Positions 31,993 through 42,500 are shown, counted from the first letter of the stretch. The stretch is 64,000 nt of DNA from Myxococcota bacterium (GCA_039024635.1 JBCCQA010000003.1:62241-126240), one strand, 5' to 3'. Notes: generated by a model not told the origin, from the sequence alone. Numbers and translations: made by a program.

Positions 31993-33395
31993 GGCTTGGG
32001 TGCCTCGGCTCGCGGCCCCAAATGGGCGCGAGCGGCTGCTACGAGCTCGGGATCCAGCGGATGACGTCGGATGGCCCAGTCCAACCAGCGGGCTGGTTTC
32101 TGGGTCCATCGAAGTTCGGCCCGGAGCACCCTCGGATGGCTGGGATCGATCCGTCGCGCGCGAGACAGCCACGGACCGCCCCGTCGGAGTGCTGCCCAGG
32201 CGAGCGCTTCCAGGTTTCCAGGTTCGAGTCCGAGGATGTCCTCGACCAGCTGGGGCGCCGGGGGCCCGCTCCCCCTGGCCGACCAAGCGGCCCGGGTCCG
32301 TTCGGCCGGCGTCCAGTCCGAGGGCATCTCGGCCCCCTCCAGCAAAGCCCAAGCTCCCCATCGCTCCGGTCGAAGCTCGGCCGACGCCAGAAGCCGTCGA
32401 CGCGTCTCAGGATTCGACAGTCGGGCCCGAAGGACGAAGGCTTCGTCCGTCTGAATCCCGACCAGGACCCGTCGAGCGGCCGCAGCCCGGCCTGCCTCCT
32501 CCAACGCACGCGCCAGCTCCAGACCGAGCTCGAGGGGCAGGGAAGTTCGCCACTGGGACGCGGCCCGGGCCCATCGGCCAGCTGCCAAGTCTACCCGGAG
32601 CTGCACGGCCGGGCTCTCGGCATGGGCCGAGGCCAAGTCGGTCCAGCCCCCTGCCAAGAGGGCCTCGGCTCGGGCATCGCCGGTCTCGGGAGCCAGCCAG
32701 CGCCACCGCTCGGCCAGGCGCTCGGCCAAGCCTCGATCGAAGGCCCCCGCCCAGCGGAGAGCGGCTTCGATCCGGATCAAGTCGCCGGGATGGACCCGGA
32801 GTCGGTCGAGCACGGCGGACTCGACCCGGGCCCAAGCGCCTGAGCGCCAGGCGGCCCGGAGGGCGCCCGCCTCGACTTCAGGTCGGGGGTCGACGGCGGC
32901 CCAAGCCGCCCATCCGGCCGAGTCGAGGATCGACGGCCAACCCTGGGGAAGCCGACGTCCTGGAGCCACCCATCGGGCGGAGAGGGCGGCCGCGTCATCC
33001 CGGTACCCGACCTCGGCAAGGGCCAGCACCAGCGCAACGTCATCGGCCCTGGGCGCCCCTTCGTCGAGCCGGCGACTGAGGCCGCGTCGCACTCGTTCCC
33101 AGTCACCGGCCGCAGCAGCACGCCAAAGCGCCAGCTCAGGGGAGGCCGAAGGCAGTGGTTCGCTGGGCGCTCCACCAACCAAATAGGCGAGACGGGCATC
33201 GGCTTTCGCCAGCCCCTCGGAGCCCTCGTCGTAGAGTCTGGCCAGGGCCACGCCTCTTCGAGCTTCGACCACATCCCCTTCGATCTCGGCCCATGCGGCC
33301 TGTAGATGATGGGCGTAGGCCTGGGCCGAAATGAGGGGTGCGCTCTCTGGGGAAGAAGAAGCGGCCAGAAATATCCACCCAAGAGCAGAGAACAT
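31989..33395 (-). CDS. Secreted TPR-like helical repeat protein
   Basis: Signal peptide; AYAHHLQA start; Ala/Leu/Arg/Trp-rich helical repeats; overlaps the next gene. Confidence 0.7.
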   Translation of the reverse strand: MFSALGWIFLAASSSPESAPLISAQAYAHHLQAAWAEIEGDVVEARRGVALARLYDEGSEGLAKADARLAYLVGGAPSEPLPSASPELALWRAAAAGDWERVRRGLSRRLDEGAPRADDVALVLALAEVGYRDDAAALSARWVAPGRRLPQGWPSILDSAGWAAWAAVDPRPEVEAGALRAAWRSGAWARVESAVLDRLRVHPGDLIRIEAALRWAGAFDRGLAERLAERWRWLAPETGDARAEALLAGGWTDLASAHAESPAVQLRVDLAAGRWARAASQWRTSLPLELGLELARALEEAGRAAAARRVLVGIQTDEAFVLRARLSNPETRRRLLASAELRPERWGAWALLEGAEMPSDWTPAERTRAAWSARGSGPPAPQLVEDILGLEPGNLEALAWAALRRGGPWLSRARRIDPSHPRVLRAELRWTQKPARWLDWAIRRHPLDPELVAAARAHLGPRAEAPKP

Positions 33396-33431
33396 CGCTA
33401 GGCAGGTACATGGTGCCCCAACGCATGCCCT

Positions 33432-33460
33432 TTGACACCTTGATGGGCCTCACCTAAGCG
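33432..33460 (+). promoter_or_regulatory. Putative sigma70 promoter of the OmpA-family gene (leaderless geometry)
   Basis: TTGACA-N17-TAAGCG, then 6 nt to GTG 33467. Confidence 0.55.
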
Positions 33461-33466
33461 CGAACC

Positions 33467-35599
33467 GTGAAGTCCTCGCTCGGGCCCCTCGGGCTGATGT
33501 CTTGCGCCCTCCTCTTGGTGGGCCCTGCCTTCGGACAAACCCCTCCCGCTCCGCCTGCCGACCCGGCCGAGGCCCCCGTGCCTCCGCCGCCTGCGCCCGA
33601 TCCGGCATCGGCGCCCGCCACGCCTTCGGTGGCGGAGGCCGGGCCTGCTGCACCTTCGGTGCAAAGTGTGGCCCCCAAGGCACCTCGGCGACGGGCCCGA
33701 GATGACAAGCCCGACCGTTGGGCCGTCTCTCCGAGCGGCAGCACGGGCCTGATTCGGAGCTCGGCCGCCGACTCGGTCATGCCGGGCCTGCTCCGCCTGT
33801 CCCTGGGCCTCGACTTCTTCAGCGCCAGCGGCGTCATTCGGAATGAGGACGACGCCAGCCGGATCGCAGGCGTCCTCGCCGTCTCAGGGGCGCCCATCGA
33901 CTACTTGGAGCTCTGGCTGAACGTGCGCGTGTCTTCGGCAGAAAGTTCTCTGAACCAGCCCGAGCTGCTGCAGACCGTTGGCGACTTGGGCTTCGGGGTG
34001 AAGGGCTTCTATCCAGTCGCCGACATCTTCTCGCTGGGAGCGGAGATCCAGCTCGACGTCCTGACCGACGTCGGCGGCTCAGGCTACGGTGGTGTCCGCG
34101 TCCAGCCTCGCTTCTTGAGCACCCTCGATCTTCAGAAACTCCCCCAGCCGCTTCCCCTCCGAGCTCACTTGAACGCGGGCTATCTGTACGACGGCTCGGA
34201 AGACCTCTCCGACGTCCCGCTCACCTTGGCCGAGCAGTTCGCCCTTGGCGTGTCCACCTTCGACCGCGTGGTCGCCGCTCTCGCTATCGAGGCCCCCCTT
34301 CGCTACGTCTCCCCTTATCTGGAGTACTCGATCGAAGTCCCGCTGGCCTACCGGGCCACACCGGGCGTGATCCTCGAACCCTCCGGTCTTCAGCCCAAGC
34401 AGGCGGTCACGCCTGATCCCGCTCGACCCGCCACCGTGCGGGTCATGCCGCAACGGTTGACGCCGGGCATCCGGGTCACGGCGCTGAGGGACTTCACCTT
34501 CGACGTGGCGGTCGAGATTGGACTCACGCCCGACGAGACCCTGGGCGTCCCGGTGGTCGCGCCCTACAACGTCATCCTCCTGGCCTCCTACGCCCTGGAT
34601 GCCTTTGGCATCCGGAAGAACGAAGGAGCCTCAGGACCGCCCGTTTCCGTCCCCGTACTCCTTCCCGCCGGACCCGGTGAGGGCGGCGCCAATTTGAGCG
34701 GCACCGTCACCGATCAGGCTTCGGGGGCCCCCTTGGCCGACGCCATCGTACGCTTCGACCGCGGCACCCCTGTCGCAACCGACGCCGAGGGCCGCTTCCG
34801 CTCGCCCGGGCTGGAGCCGGGTTCGCTCGCCGTCACCGTCAGCCGCTCGGGCTACGAGGATGGTTCGGCCGAGCTCGAACTCCCGGCCGAGGGCCTAGAC
34901 GTCAATGTCCAGCTCTCGCCCGCCGCCTTCGCAGGCACGGTGAGCGGCGAAGTGCGCGGACCGGATGGGCCGGTGGCCGAAGTCGAAGTGCTCTTGGAAG
35001 GGGACGAGCGCGTTCAGGTTCAGACCGACGCCGAGGGCCGCTTCGAAGCGCCCCTACCCGAAGGCCGCTATCGCGTTCTCGTCCGGGCGCCCGGCCGCCT
35101 GGCCGCAGGCGCGACGATCCAGCTGGAGCGGGGACAAGACCCCTTCGTGGCTCTTCGCCTGCGTGAAGGCACACCCGCCCAGATCGTCGAGGACCGTCTG
35201 ATCACCGACGGACCCCTGCTTTTCACCGAAGGCAGCGCCGAAGTGGACGAGGCGACGGCCAAGCGCTTGGCCGGCGCGATCGACTTCTTGCTGAGGAACC
35301 CTGGCCGACGGGTGCGAATCGAGGGACACGCCGATGGCGGTGGCGATGACGCCCAGCTTCAAAGCCTGTCGCGTGAGCGGTCCGAGGCGGTGGCCGCCTT
35401 CCTGCAGCGAAACGGCGTTTCGCCTGAACAGCTCGACTCGGCTGCCTTTGGAGACCAACGACCGGTGGCGCCGAGCGAGACCACCCGAGGACGTGCCCAG
35501 AACAACCGAGTCGAGCTTGTGCTCATCGGAGACGGGGCGGCCGAGCCCGAACCGGAAACGGAGCCGGACGAAGAGCTCGAGGCTTCGGCCCAATACTGA
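33467..35599 (+). CDS. OmpA-family outer-membrane protein: Pro-rich N-terminus, beta-barrel, two carboxypeptidase-regulatory-like domains, OmpA C-terminal domain
   Basis: Signal peptide; GTVTDQASGAPL...TDAEGRF pattern twice; VRIEGHAD, LSRERSEAV and GRAQNNRVE peptidoglycan-binding motifs. Confidence 0.88.
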   Translation: MKSSLGPLGLMSCALLLVGPAFGQTPPAPPADPAEAPVPPPPAPDPASAPATPSVAEAGPAAPSVQSVAPKAPRRRARDDKPDRWAVSPSGSTGLIRSSAADSVMPGLLRLSLGLDFFSASGVIRNEDDASRIAGVLAVSGAPIDYLELWLNVRVSSAESSLNQPELLQTVGDLGFGVKGFYPVADIFSLGAEIQLDVLTDVGGSGYGGVRVQPRFLSTLDLQKLPQPLPLRAHLNAGYLYDGSEDLSDVPLTLAEQFALGVSTFDRVVAALAIEAPLRYVSPYLEYSIEVPLAYRATPGVILEPSGLQPKQAVTPDPARPATVRVMPQRLTPGIRVTALRDFTFDVAVEIGLTPDETLGVPVVAPYNVILLASYALDAFGIRKNEGASGPPVSVPVLLPAGPGEGGANLSGTVTDQASGAPLADAIVRFDRGTPVATDAEGRFRSPGLEPGSLAVTVSRSGYEDGSAELELPAEGLDVNVQLSPAAFAGTVSGEVRGPDGPVAEVEVLLEGDERVQVQTDAEGRFEAPLPEGRYRVLVRAPGRLAAGATIQLERGQDPFVALRLREGTPAQIVEDRLITDGPLLFTEGSAEVDEATAKRLAGAIDFLLRNPGRRVRIEGHADGGGDDAQLQSLSRERSEAVAAFLQRNGVSPEQLDSAAFGDQRPVAPSETTRGRAQNNRVELVLIGDGAAEPEPETEPDEELEASAQY

Positions 35600-35601
35600 C
35601 T

Positions 35602-36585
35602 CTACTCGAGCTGGAGACTGATACGGCGCCCAACCAGGTCGACTTCCAGAACGGAGGCCTCCAGTTCGTCTCCAACGTCGGCCTTGCGCAGACGAGCTTT
35701 GGTCTCGTCGTCGGCCAAGGGACCGGACGAGAATATCAGCCCTTCCAAACCCGGTTCGAACTCGATGAAGCAACCGACGTCGGTCTTGCTGATGACCATG
35801 CCTCTCACCTTGGTCCCGGGCGGGTAGCGCCGGTCGGCGTCGGTCCAGGGGTCGTCCTGGGTCTGGCGCAAGCCCAGTTTGAGCCGTGCCCGCTTTCGAT
35901 CGACGTCCAAGACCTTGAGGCGGAAGCGCTCGCCGAGCTTGGCCAGCTTACGCGGATCCCGTTCCTTCCCCCAGGTTGCGTCGGCGGTGTGGAGAAAGCC
36001 GTCGCTTCCGTCCACATCGATTAGGATGCCGTTGTCGGCGAAGCCGCGGACGACCCCTTCGACCGTGGCGCCCGTCCGTATCTGGCCCATGAGCTCCCTT
36101 CGCTGGGCCTCCAAGATCGGTCGGCGACTGAGAACGATGTTGACCCGGCTCCGGTTGAAGCGCTGCACCACGAACTCGAGGTGCTGGCCGATCAAGGCGT
36201 CGGCGTTGCTCACTGGGCGCAGTGCGACCTGAGAGCTGGGGAGAAAAGCTCGAATGCCCTCTACGTCCACGGCGAAGCCGCCCTGGACCGCGGAGACGAT
36301 CTCTCCTCTCACCCGCGCCTTGTTCCGATGAGCCTCCTGCATGCGCTCGAGCAGGCGCAGACGTTCGGCCATCTTGAGGGAGCCCAAATAGCGTCCTCTC
36401 GCCTCGCTGAAAGCGTCGACGAAAACCCAAGCAGGGACGTCCAGCTCGACCTCGGTCTTCTCGCCTTTCGGAACGTGGACTTCGGTCCCGTCGGCGAGCT
36501 TCACCAAGACGGCCTCGTCATCCAGGACGCCCGCGACGTGGCCGAGCTGGAGCTCGCCCTCGGGTCGACGATCCGATTCGGTCAT
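35602..36585 (-). CDS. Truncated, divergent ribosomal protein S1 paralog (four S1 domains)
   Basis: GGFAVDVEGIRAFLPSSQV...NIVLSRR (D2), DGFLHTADATWG...LKLGLRQTQDDPW (D3) and FIEFEPGLEGLI...RRISLQLE (D4); about 327 aa. Confidence 0.85.
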   Translation of the reverse strand: MTESDRRPEGELQLGHVAGVLDDEAVLVKLADGTEVHVPKGEKTEVELDVPAWVFVDAFSEARGRYLGSLKMAERLRLLERMQEAHRNKARVRGEIVSAVQGGFAVDVEGIRAFLPSSQVALRPVSNADALIGQHLEFVVQRFNRSRVNIVLSRRPILEAQRRELMGQIRTGATVEGVVRGFADNGILIDVDGSDGFLHTADATWGKERDPRKLAKLGERFRLKVLDVDRKRARLKLGLRQTQDDPWTDADRRYPPGTKVRGMVISKTDVGCFIEFEPGLEGLIFSSGPLADDETKARLRKADVGDELEASVLEVDLVGRRISLQLE

Positions 36586-36596
36586 GAAGGCGGGTG

Positions 36597-37328
36597 CTAG
36601 CACCCAGGGTGGCTTCGAGCCAGGCCGGACAGCAGACGGGGGCGAAGACCATTAGGCAGCCAGCTGAGCGCGTCCGGGGACCAGCTTCGAAGGCTCCGGT
36701 GCAAGTCCAGGGGAAGAGGGGCTCGGAGGACGAGGTCCCGGCCCGTCCGGGGATGTTGCAGTCGAAGTTCATAGGCATGAAGGGCGAGGCGATGGAGGCC
36801 GTGCCGACTTCGAAATCGTCGGTTGTGCCTTCCGTCGCCGTAGTTCACGTCACCGATGATCGGGCAGGACATGTGCTTGAAATGGAGCCGGAGCTGGTGG
36901 CGACGCCCCGTGCGCGGAGCAGCCTCGACCAGGGCGTAGCGACCATCGTGAAAGCAGCGGCAAAAAGACGTCTTGGCTGAACGGGGAGGCCCGTACTTCG
37001 CCTCGCGGACGGGATGATCCAGGAGGCCGAACTCGGGAGGGATGCCCCGAAGCAAGGCGACATAGCGTTTCTCGACCTGCCCCGCGCGGAACTGCTCGAC
37101 CAAGGCCCGGGTGGAACGTGGGTTCAGGCCGAACACCAGAACGCCGCTGGTGGCCCTATCGAGGCGATGGGCTGGGTCCACCCGACGCCCCAGGGCGTCC
37201 CGTACCCTTTGGAGCATGGGCCGGACCGTATCGCCGAAGCCCTGGTGGGTGAGGATCCCCGAGGGCTTAGAGACGGCCACGAAGTCCGAGTCCAAAGCCA
37301 GGAGCTGAACGGCGCTGTCCTCGGTCAG
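36597..37328 (-). CDS. truC: RluA/TruC-family pseudouridine synthase
   Basis: VSKPSGILTH, HRLDRATSG, TGRRHQLRLH, CPIIGDVNYGDG and LALHA motifs; start uncertain (CTG 37328 or TTG 37295). Confidence 0.85.
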   Translation of the reverse strand: MTEDSAVQLLALDSDFVAVSKPSGILTHQGFGDTVRPMLQRVRDALGRRVDPAHRLDRATSGVLVFGLNPRSTRALVEQFRAGQVEKRYVALLRGIPPEFGLLDHPVREAKYGPPRSAKTSFCRCFHDGRYALVEAAPRTGRRHQLRLHFKHMSCPIIGDVNYGDGRHNRRFRSRHGLHRLALHAYELRLQHPRTGRDLVLRAPLPLDLHRSLRSWSPDALSWLPNGLRPRLLSGLARSHPGC

Positions 37329-37350
37329 GCACCGATGCTAGGCCGCTGAG
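37329..37350. promoter_or_regulatory. Symmetric bidirectional promoter between divergent genes
   Basis: TAGCAT (minus, 37340-37335) and TAGGCC (plus, 37339-37344) share the central TA; each lies 6 nt from an in-frame candidate start. Confidence 0.6.
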
Positions 37351-38172
37351 ATGGCGAGTTTGAAGGACAAAGTCATCTTCATCTCCGGCGCGAGCCGGGG
37401 CATCGGGCTGGAGCTTGCCAAGCGAGCGGCCCGAGACGGCGCGAAGCTCGCCATCGCGGCCAAGACGGCCGAGCCTCATCCCAAGCTTCCCGGCACGATT
37501 CACACGGCGGCCCAAGAGATCGAAGAGGCGGGGGGAAGCGCCCTTCCTTTGGTCTGCGACATACGCTTCGAAGAGCAGGTCCAGGCTGCGGTCGAGAAGA
37601 CCGTCGACACCTTCGGCGGCATCGACATCCTCATCAACAACGCAAGCGCGATTCAGCTGACGGGTACGCTTCAGACGCCCATGAAGCGATTCGACCTCAT
37701 GCACGGCGTCAACGCCCGAGGCACCTTCCTCTGCAGTCAGGCCTGCCTCCCCCACCTGCTGAAGGCCGACAACCCTCACATCTTGATGAACAGTCCGCCC
37801 TTGTCGATGGAACCTCGCTGGTTCGGGACCCACGTAGCCTACACCATGGCCAAGTACGGCATGAGCATGTGCGTCCTAGGCATGGCAGAAGAGTTCAAGG
37901 AAGAGGGGATAGCGGTAAATGCACTCTGGCCCCGCACCTCGATCGCGACGGCCGCGGTCCAGAATCTGCTGGGAGGGGACGAGATGATGCGGCACTCGCG
38001 AAAGCCCGAGATCTATGCCGACGCGGCCCACGTCATTCTCAGCCGGGACGCCAAGACTTGTACGGGTAACTTCTTCGTCGACGAGGACCTCCTTCGAGAA
38101 GAAGGCGTCACCGACTTCAGTCGCTATGCGGTCGACCCCTCGGTGGAGCCCATGCAAGACTTCTTCCTGTGA
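37351..38172 (+). CDS. SDR oxidoreductase, HSDL2/AtuG-like
   Basis: SGASRGIG, AKTAEPHPKLPGTIHTAA, NNASAI, YTMAKYGMS and NALWPRT motifs. Confidence 0.93.
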   Translation: MASLKDKVIFISGASRGIGLELAKRAARDGAKLAIAAKTAEPHPKLPGTIHTAAQEIEEAGGSALPLVCDIRFEEQVQAAVEKTVDTFGGIDILINNASAIQLTGTLQTPMKRFDLMHGVNARGTFLCSQACLPHLLKADNPHILMNSPPLSMEPRWFGTHVAYTMAKYGMSMCVLGMAEEFKEEGIAVNALWPRTSIATAAVQNLLGGDEMMRHSRKPEIYADAAHVILSRDAKTCTGNFFVDEDLLREEGVTDFSRYAVDPSVEPMQDFFL

Positions 38173-39524
38173 GTGCGCGCTTGGCTTGGGGCCTGGTGAC
38201 CCTCGCCGCCCTCGCCTGCGCCGACTCGGGCTTGGAGGTCGGGGGCGGTCCCCCTCCTGTGGCCCGGGATCCATCCTGTCGCAGTCTGGATTTTCCGAGC
38301 GGCTTCGGACAAACGAGCTCGAGTCTCGTCAACGCTAGCGCCGGCCCGGTGTTGTCGATGACTGGACCTCAAGAGGAGGCCTTCGTCGCGGTGTGGTCGG
38401 TGGTCTTCGACCAACTCCTCTGCAGCGGAACCGTCATCGGGCCTCGCCTTGTACTCACAGCCGAGCACTGCGTGAGCAGCGGGGACATGGAAGTGCGCTT
38501 CGGCGCTTCCGCCCGGTCTCCGACGGACGCGGTAGAGGTCGTTAATCTGCGAACCCACCCTTCCCTGGATCTCGCGCTCCTCGAGCTGGCGCGCTCCCCC
38601 GAGCTCGACTTGACCCCCATCCCCCTGGCGACCGTGGACCCCGAAGCCGAGCTGGTCGGAGTTTGGCTGGAGACGGTTGGCTTCGGTCAAAGCCTCCGGG
38701 ACTTCAATCAGCGGGGATTTCTTCCTGTTCGCGTTCAGTCGGTAGTCACGGACTTTCTCGACGTCCAAGGCGGGGGACGACAGGGCCTCTGCTTTGGGGA
38801 TTCCGGCGCCCCCCTGCTTACGCTCGATCCCGAGCAGCGAGACGTCCGAGTGTGGGGCGTGCTCAGCGCGGGTGATCCGGACTGCCTGGGCCGAGACCGC
38901 TTTGCCCTCATCCGACGGGCGGGCGCTTTCTTCGCCCAGACACAGACAGCGCCGCCTGGCTCGCCGACCTGCGGCACGCTGTCCGTGGAAGGGGCCTGCA
39001 CACCCGACGGCCGGCGCTTGGGCTGCACTCTGGAAGGAGCCTCGAGTGAGACTTGCGCCGGCGGCTGCGGTTGGGACGGCGTTGCAAACGTCTGTACGGA
39101 TGGACCCGTCGGCGACTGCCAGGGCCCCGACCGCTGCACGAGCGACGGCACGCTGATTTGGTGTGAGCAAGGCCGCCAGAGGAGCCGAGAGTGTGGCGCC
39201 TGCGGCGAAGTATGCATGGCTTCCGACCAGGGCGCCTCCTGCGCCCATCCGCTTTGTGACGAGCTCGGCCAGAACGGCCGTTGTGCCCAGGACGTCGTCG
39301 AATGGTGTGACGAGCTTGGCCGCTTTCGCCAATTCGACTGCCGAAGCGTGGGTCAACGCTGTTTGTCGGAGCCCGCTCGATGCGAATCGGTGCCCGAAGA
39401 CTGCGAGGTCATTCGAGGCGGACTGTGCATCGACGATGTCCGCATCTACTGCGAAGGCTCGATCGTACTCTGGGACAGCTGCGCCGCATTGGGACGAGTC
39501 TGCGACGAGGGACGCTGCATCTGA
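38169..39524 (+). CDS. Trypsin-like (S1) serine protease lipoprotein with Cys-rich C-terminus
   Basis: Lipobox LALAC-like (ALAC); CSGTVIG, LTAEHC, DLALL and CFGDSGAP catalytic motifs; many C-terminal Cys. Confidence 0.9.
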   Translation: MSARLAWGLVTLAALACADSGLEVGGGPPPVARDPSCRSLDFPSGFGQTSSSLVNASAGPVLSMTGPQEEAFVAVWSVVFDQLLCSGTVIGPRLVLTAEHCVSSGDMEVRFGASARSPTDAVEVVNLRTHPSLDLALLELARSPELDLTPIPLATVDPEAELVGVWLETVGFGQSLRDFNQRGFLPVRVQSVVTDFLDVQGGGRQGLCFGDSGAPLLTLDPEQRDVRVWGVLSAGDPDCLGRDRFALIRRAGAFFAQTQTAPPGSPTCGTLSVEGACTPDGRRLGCTLEGASSETCAGGCGWDGVANVCTDGPVGDCQGPDRCTSDGTLIWCEQGRQRSRECGACGEVCMASDQGASCAHPLCDELGQNGRCAQDVVEWCDELGRFRQFDCRSVGQRCLSEPARCESVPEDCEVIRGGLCIDDVRIYCEGSIVLWDSCAALGRVCDEGRCI

Positions 39525-42500
39525 TCAGACGGCCGGGCTTCGGCCAGCCATCGCAAAAGAGAGCTCCGGGTGGCGAAGGTGGCCAGGGAGCGACGAGCCT
39601 CGCAGCCAGGCGTTCGACCCGACCATCGTCTGAATCCCTCCAGAGCCTCGTGCCACGAGCCGGTGACGACGAGCGCCGCGTGCAGGCCCCGAAAACGATA
39701 GCCGTCCCGGAGAGCTCCGATGCTGATGCCGCCGAGATCGCGAAGCTGGTCCAGGCGTTCTCGCTCGCCATCGTCGAGGCCCCGCTCGAGGGCCTTTCTT
39801 CGCCGGGGTTGATCGATGTAGCCCAAGGCTTCGGCGACGGCCCGAGCATCGAGCAACTCCAGCGCCGCAGAGCCCGGCTCCACCTGGGTCGCGGCCAAGG
39901 CTGCTCCCACCAGGAGATCTTCGTCTTGGACGGCTCCCAGGGCCTCCGGATCGACGCCGAGTCCGATGGTGCCCTCGACGTAGACCGGCTCCATCGGCCG
40001 GCCTCCGCTTTCGAGGAGGTACATCTCAGGCACATTTCGACCTAGACGAGAGAAGGCGCGCTGGAGCATTCGCAGGGAGGCGATGGGCACCGACGCATCC
40101 CCTATCCGATCCCTGCGCTTCGGCATTTCCTGCCGAAGCGCATCCCGCTGACTGGAAAGAAGAGCCCGGCCCAAACCGTCGAGCCACTCCGCCGGTCCAG
40201 ACGGGAGAGGGGGAAGAGGATGAGGCCCGGGCGCATCGAAGTCCGGACGAGGCTCGATCTGCTCGGGGTGAAGGAGGCTGCCAAGGAGCCGAGCCGGTAG
40301 CTCAGCCCCTGCCCGCTCGAAGAGGGCCTGAAGGCGCTCGACCGCTCGACGGTGTCCGGGCACGCGCTCGGTGACCCCAAGCCAGGCAGTGATGGCGTGC
40401 TCCAGCTCGGCCGGATCGTCCTCCGCCAACACGTCGGCCCAGTGAGCTCTCAAGACCCACCATCGGGGATGAGGGTCCATCAGCTCCAGGCCTGCGAAAG
40501 CGCGGGCGAAGGTGTCGTGGTCATTGCTTCGGAAGGCTGCGAGTTCGGCCGCCTTTCCAAAGGCCTGGCGAGCCATCCCCAAGTGCCCGCGAGCCCGACA
40601 AGCTTCAGCCAGGTTCAGCCAAGGACGGGCGACTTCGTCGATGTCGCCGTCGTACTCGAGGAGGGTGCCCAGGTCGCGACTCACGTCGGGCGTCGGAACC
40701 GTCGCCGCGGCCCGCTCGAGAAGCCGCCGCGCCTGGCCCCGGTTGTGTTCCCAAAGCCATCCTGCAGCCAGCCGAAGGGCGCCCGCACGCGCAGCTCCGG
40801 TCGAATGTTCGGCCAGGAGCTCATAAGCCCGAGCTGCGGCCCACACTTCGTGGGTCTGGTGGCGGTACACGGCGACTCGGTAGGCGAGATCGCCGCGCTC
40901 GGGCGCAAGGCGCTGGGCCTCCTCCAAGACCACGGCCGCCCTTTGAGGATCCCCCGCCCTCTCACCGAAGAGGAGGCCCGCTTTGGACAGCAGCTCCACC
41001 GCTTCGACGCCCGTCCGACGACTGCTCGAGCGTCGACAGAGCTGGGCTGCTTCCGACGGCTCGCCGCTGTGGATACAGGCGACGGTGAGCCGCTCCAAAG
41101 CGTCGTCGCTGGCCTCGATTTCAATCTCGCGCCGTCCAAAGCGAGCGGCACCGACCCAGTCGCCGGTCGCCGCCTTGGCCCGGGCCATTCGTCGAAACGT
41201 GGCGGCCAACTCGGCTCGGGTGGCGTGGGCCTCATGGTGAAGGAGGAAGGTCGCCCCCAGCTCGTAGACCTCGTCCCAGTCTTGAAGGGTCTCGAGCATA
41301 CGAGCCGCTTCGAGCAGAGCGTCCTTCCGGGTAACGTCGCGGCCGAGAGCCTGGCGAAAGGCTTGGAGCGCACTCGAAGGGTCGCCGCTCGCGACGAGAA
41401 TCATGCCGGCGTCTTCAAACCAACGAGCGGCCTGTTCGGGTTCAGGAGACTTTTGGGCTGCAGTTTCGAAGCAATGCGCCGCGTGAACCGGATCTTGGTC
41501 ACGAACGAGGACGCCACAGCGAGCCCAGACGTCAGGTCGCTCCGAATCGGCCTCCAGGAGGGCCCGCATGAGCTCCAGGGCCTTGGGGCGATCGCCGAGC
41601 TCGAGGTCGGCGATGCGGGCCGCCTCGGCCAGGACCTCGACGCCCTCTGGGTGGAGGAGCTCGGACGTTCGAACGGCCCAGGGTAGAGCGGCACTCCAGT
41701 CTCGGCGAGCCCCCGCGAGCTCGAACAGCGCACGGCAGGCGGCGGCAGCGTTGGGGTGGGCGAGGAGAGCGTCCTCGAAGAGGGTCTCGGCTCTCTGAGG
41801 ATCACCTAGGAGGTCGACAACCCATCGACCGGCCTGCACGAAGACCTCGGCCGCAGCCGGGCCTTCCAGCTGCCTTCCCAAACGCTCCAGGACGTCGACG
41901 GCCTCTGCAGTCTTGCCGAGTCTGCGAGCAGCGTCAGCCGCCAGGGCGAGCGCATCGACCTCGTCGGGCGCTTCGACGAGTGCGTTCTCGAGGAGGACCC
42001 AGGCCTTCGCCGGATCGAACCGGCGCTCGAGCTCGATGCGAGCGAGGGCGACCCGTCCTCCAGCTCGCTGCCTCGGATCCGCGGCCGCCTCCAGCCTGAG
42101 GTTCAAGACGCGCTCGAGCTCGGACCATCGCATGCGGGCAGACAGGAGCCGCTCTTGGGCGAGCGACACGTCGATGTCGAATGGGCCCTCTCGCTCTGCC
42201 TGGCGCAGGACATCCAGGGCGAGCTCTTCGGCTCCCAGCTGGCGCTCCAGGAGTTCGGCTTGGGCCTTGTGAATCGCCAGTCGAGCCTCGGCGCCTTCAG
42301 CCGCGTCCAAACGACGACGAAGGACGGCAGCGACCGAGTCCCACTGTCGACGACGACGGAAGCTCTCTTCGAGCAAGCGAAGCAAGACTTCGTCCCCGTC
42401 GAAGAGCTGCAGCCCTCGCTCGGCCACGGCCTCCGCTCGGCCGAGCTTGCCCTCTTGGTCGATGAGCGCCTGGACCAGGGCGCGATGGGCGCGAAGTCTG

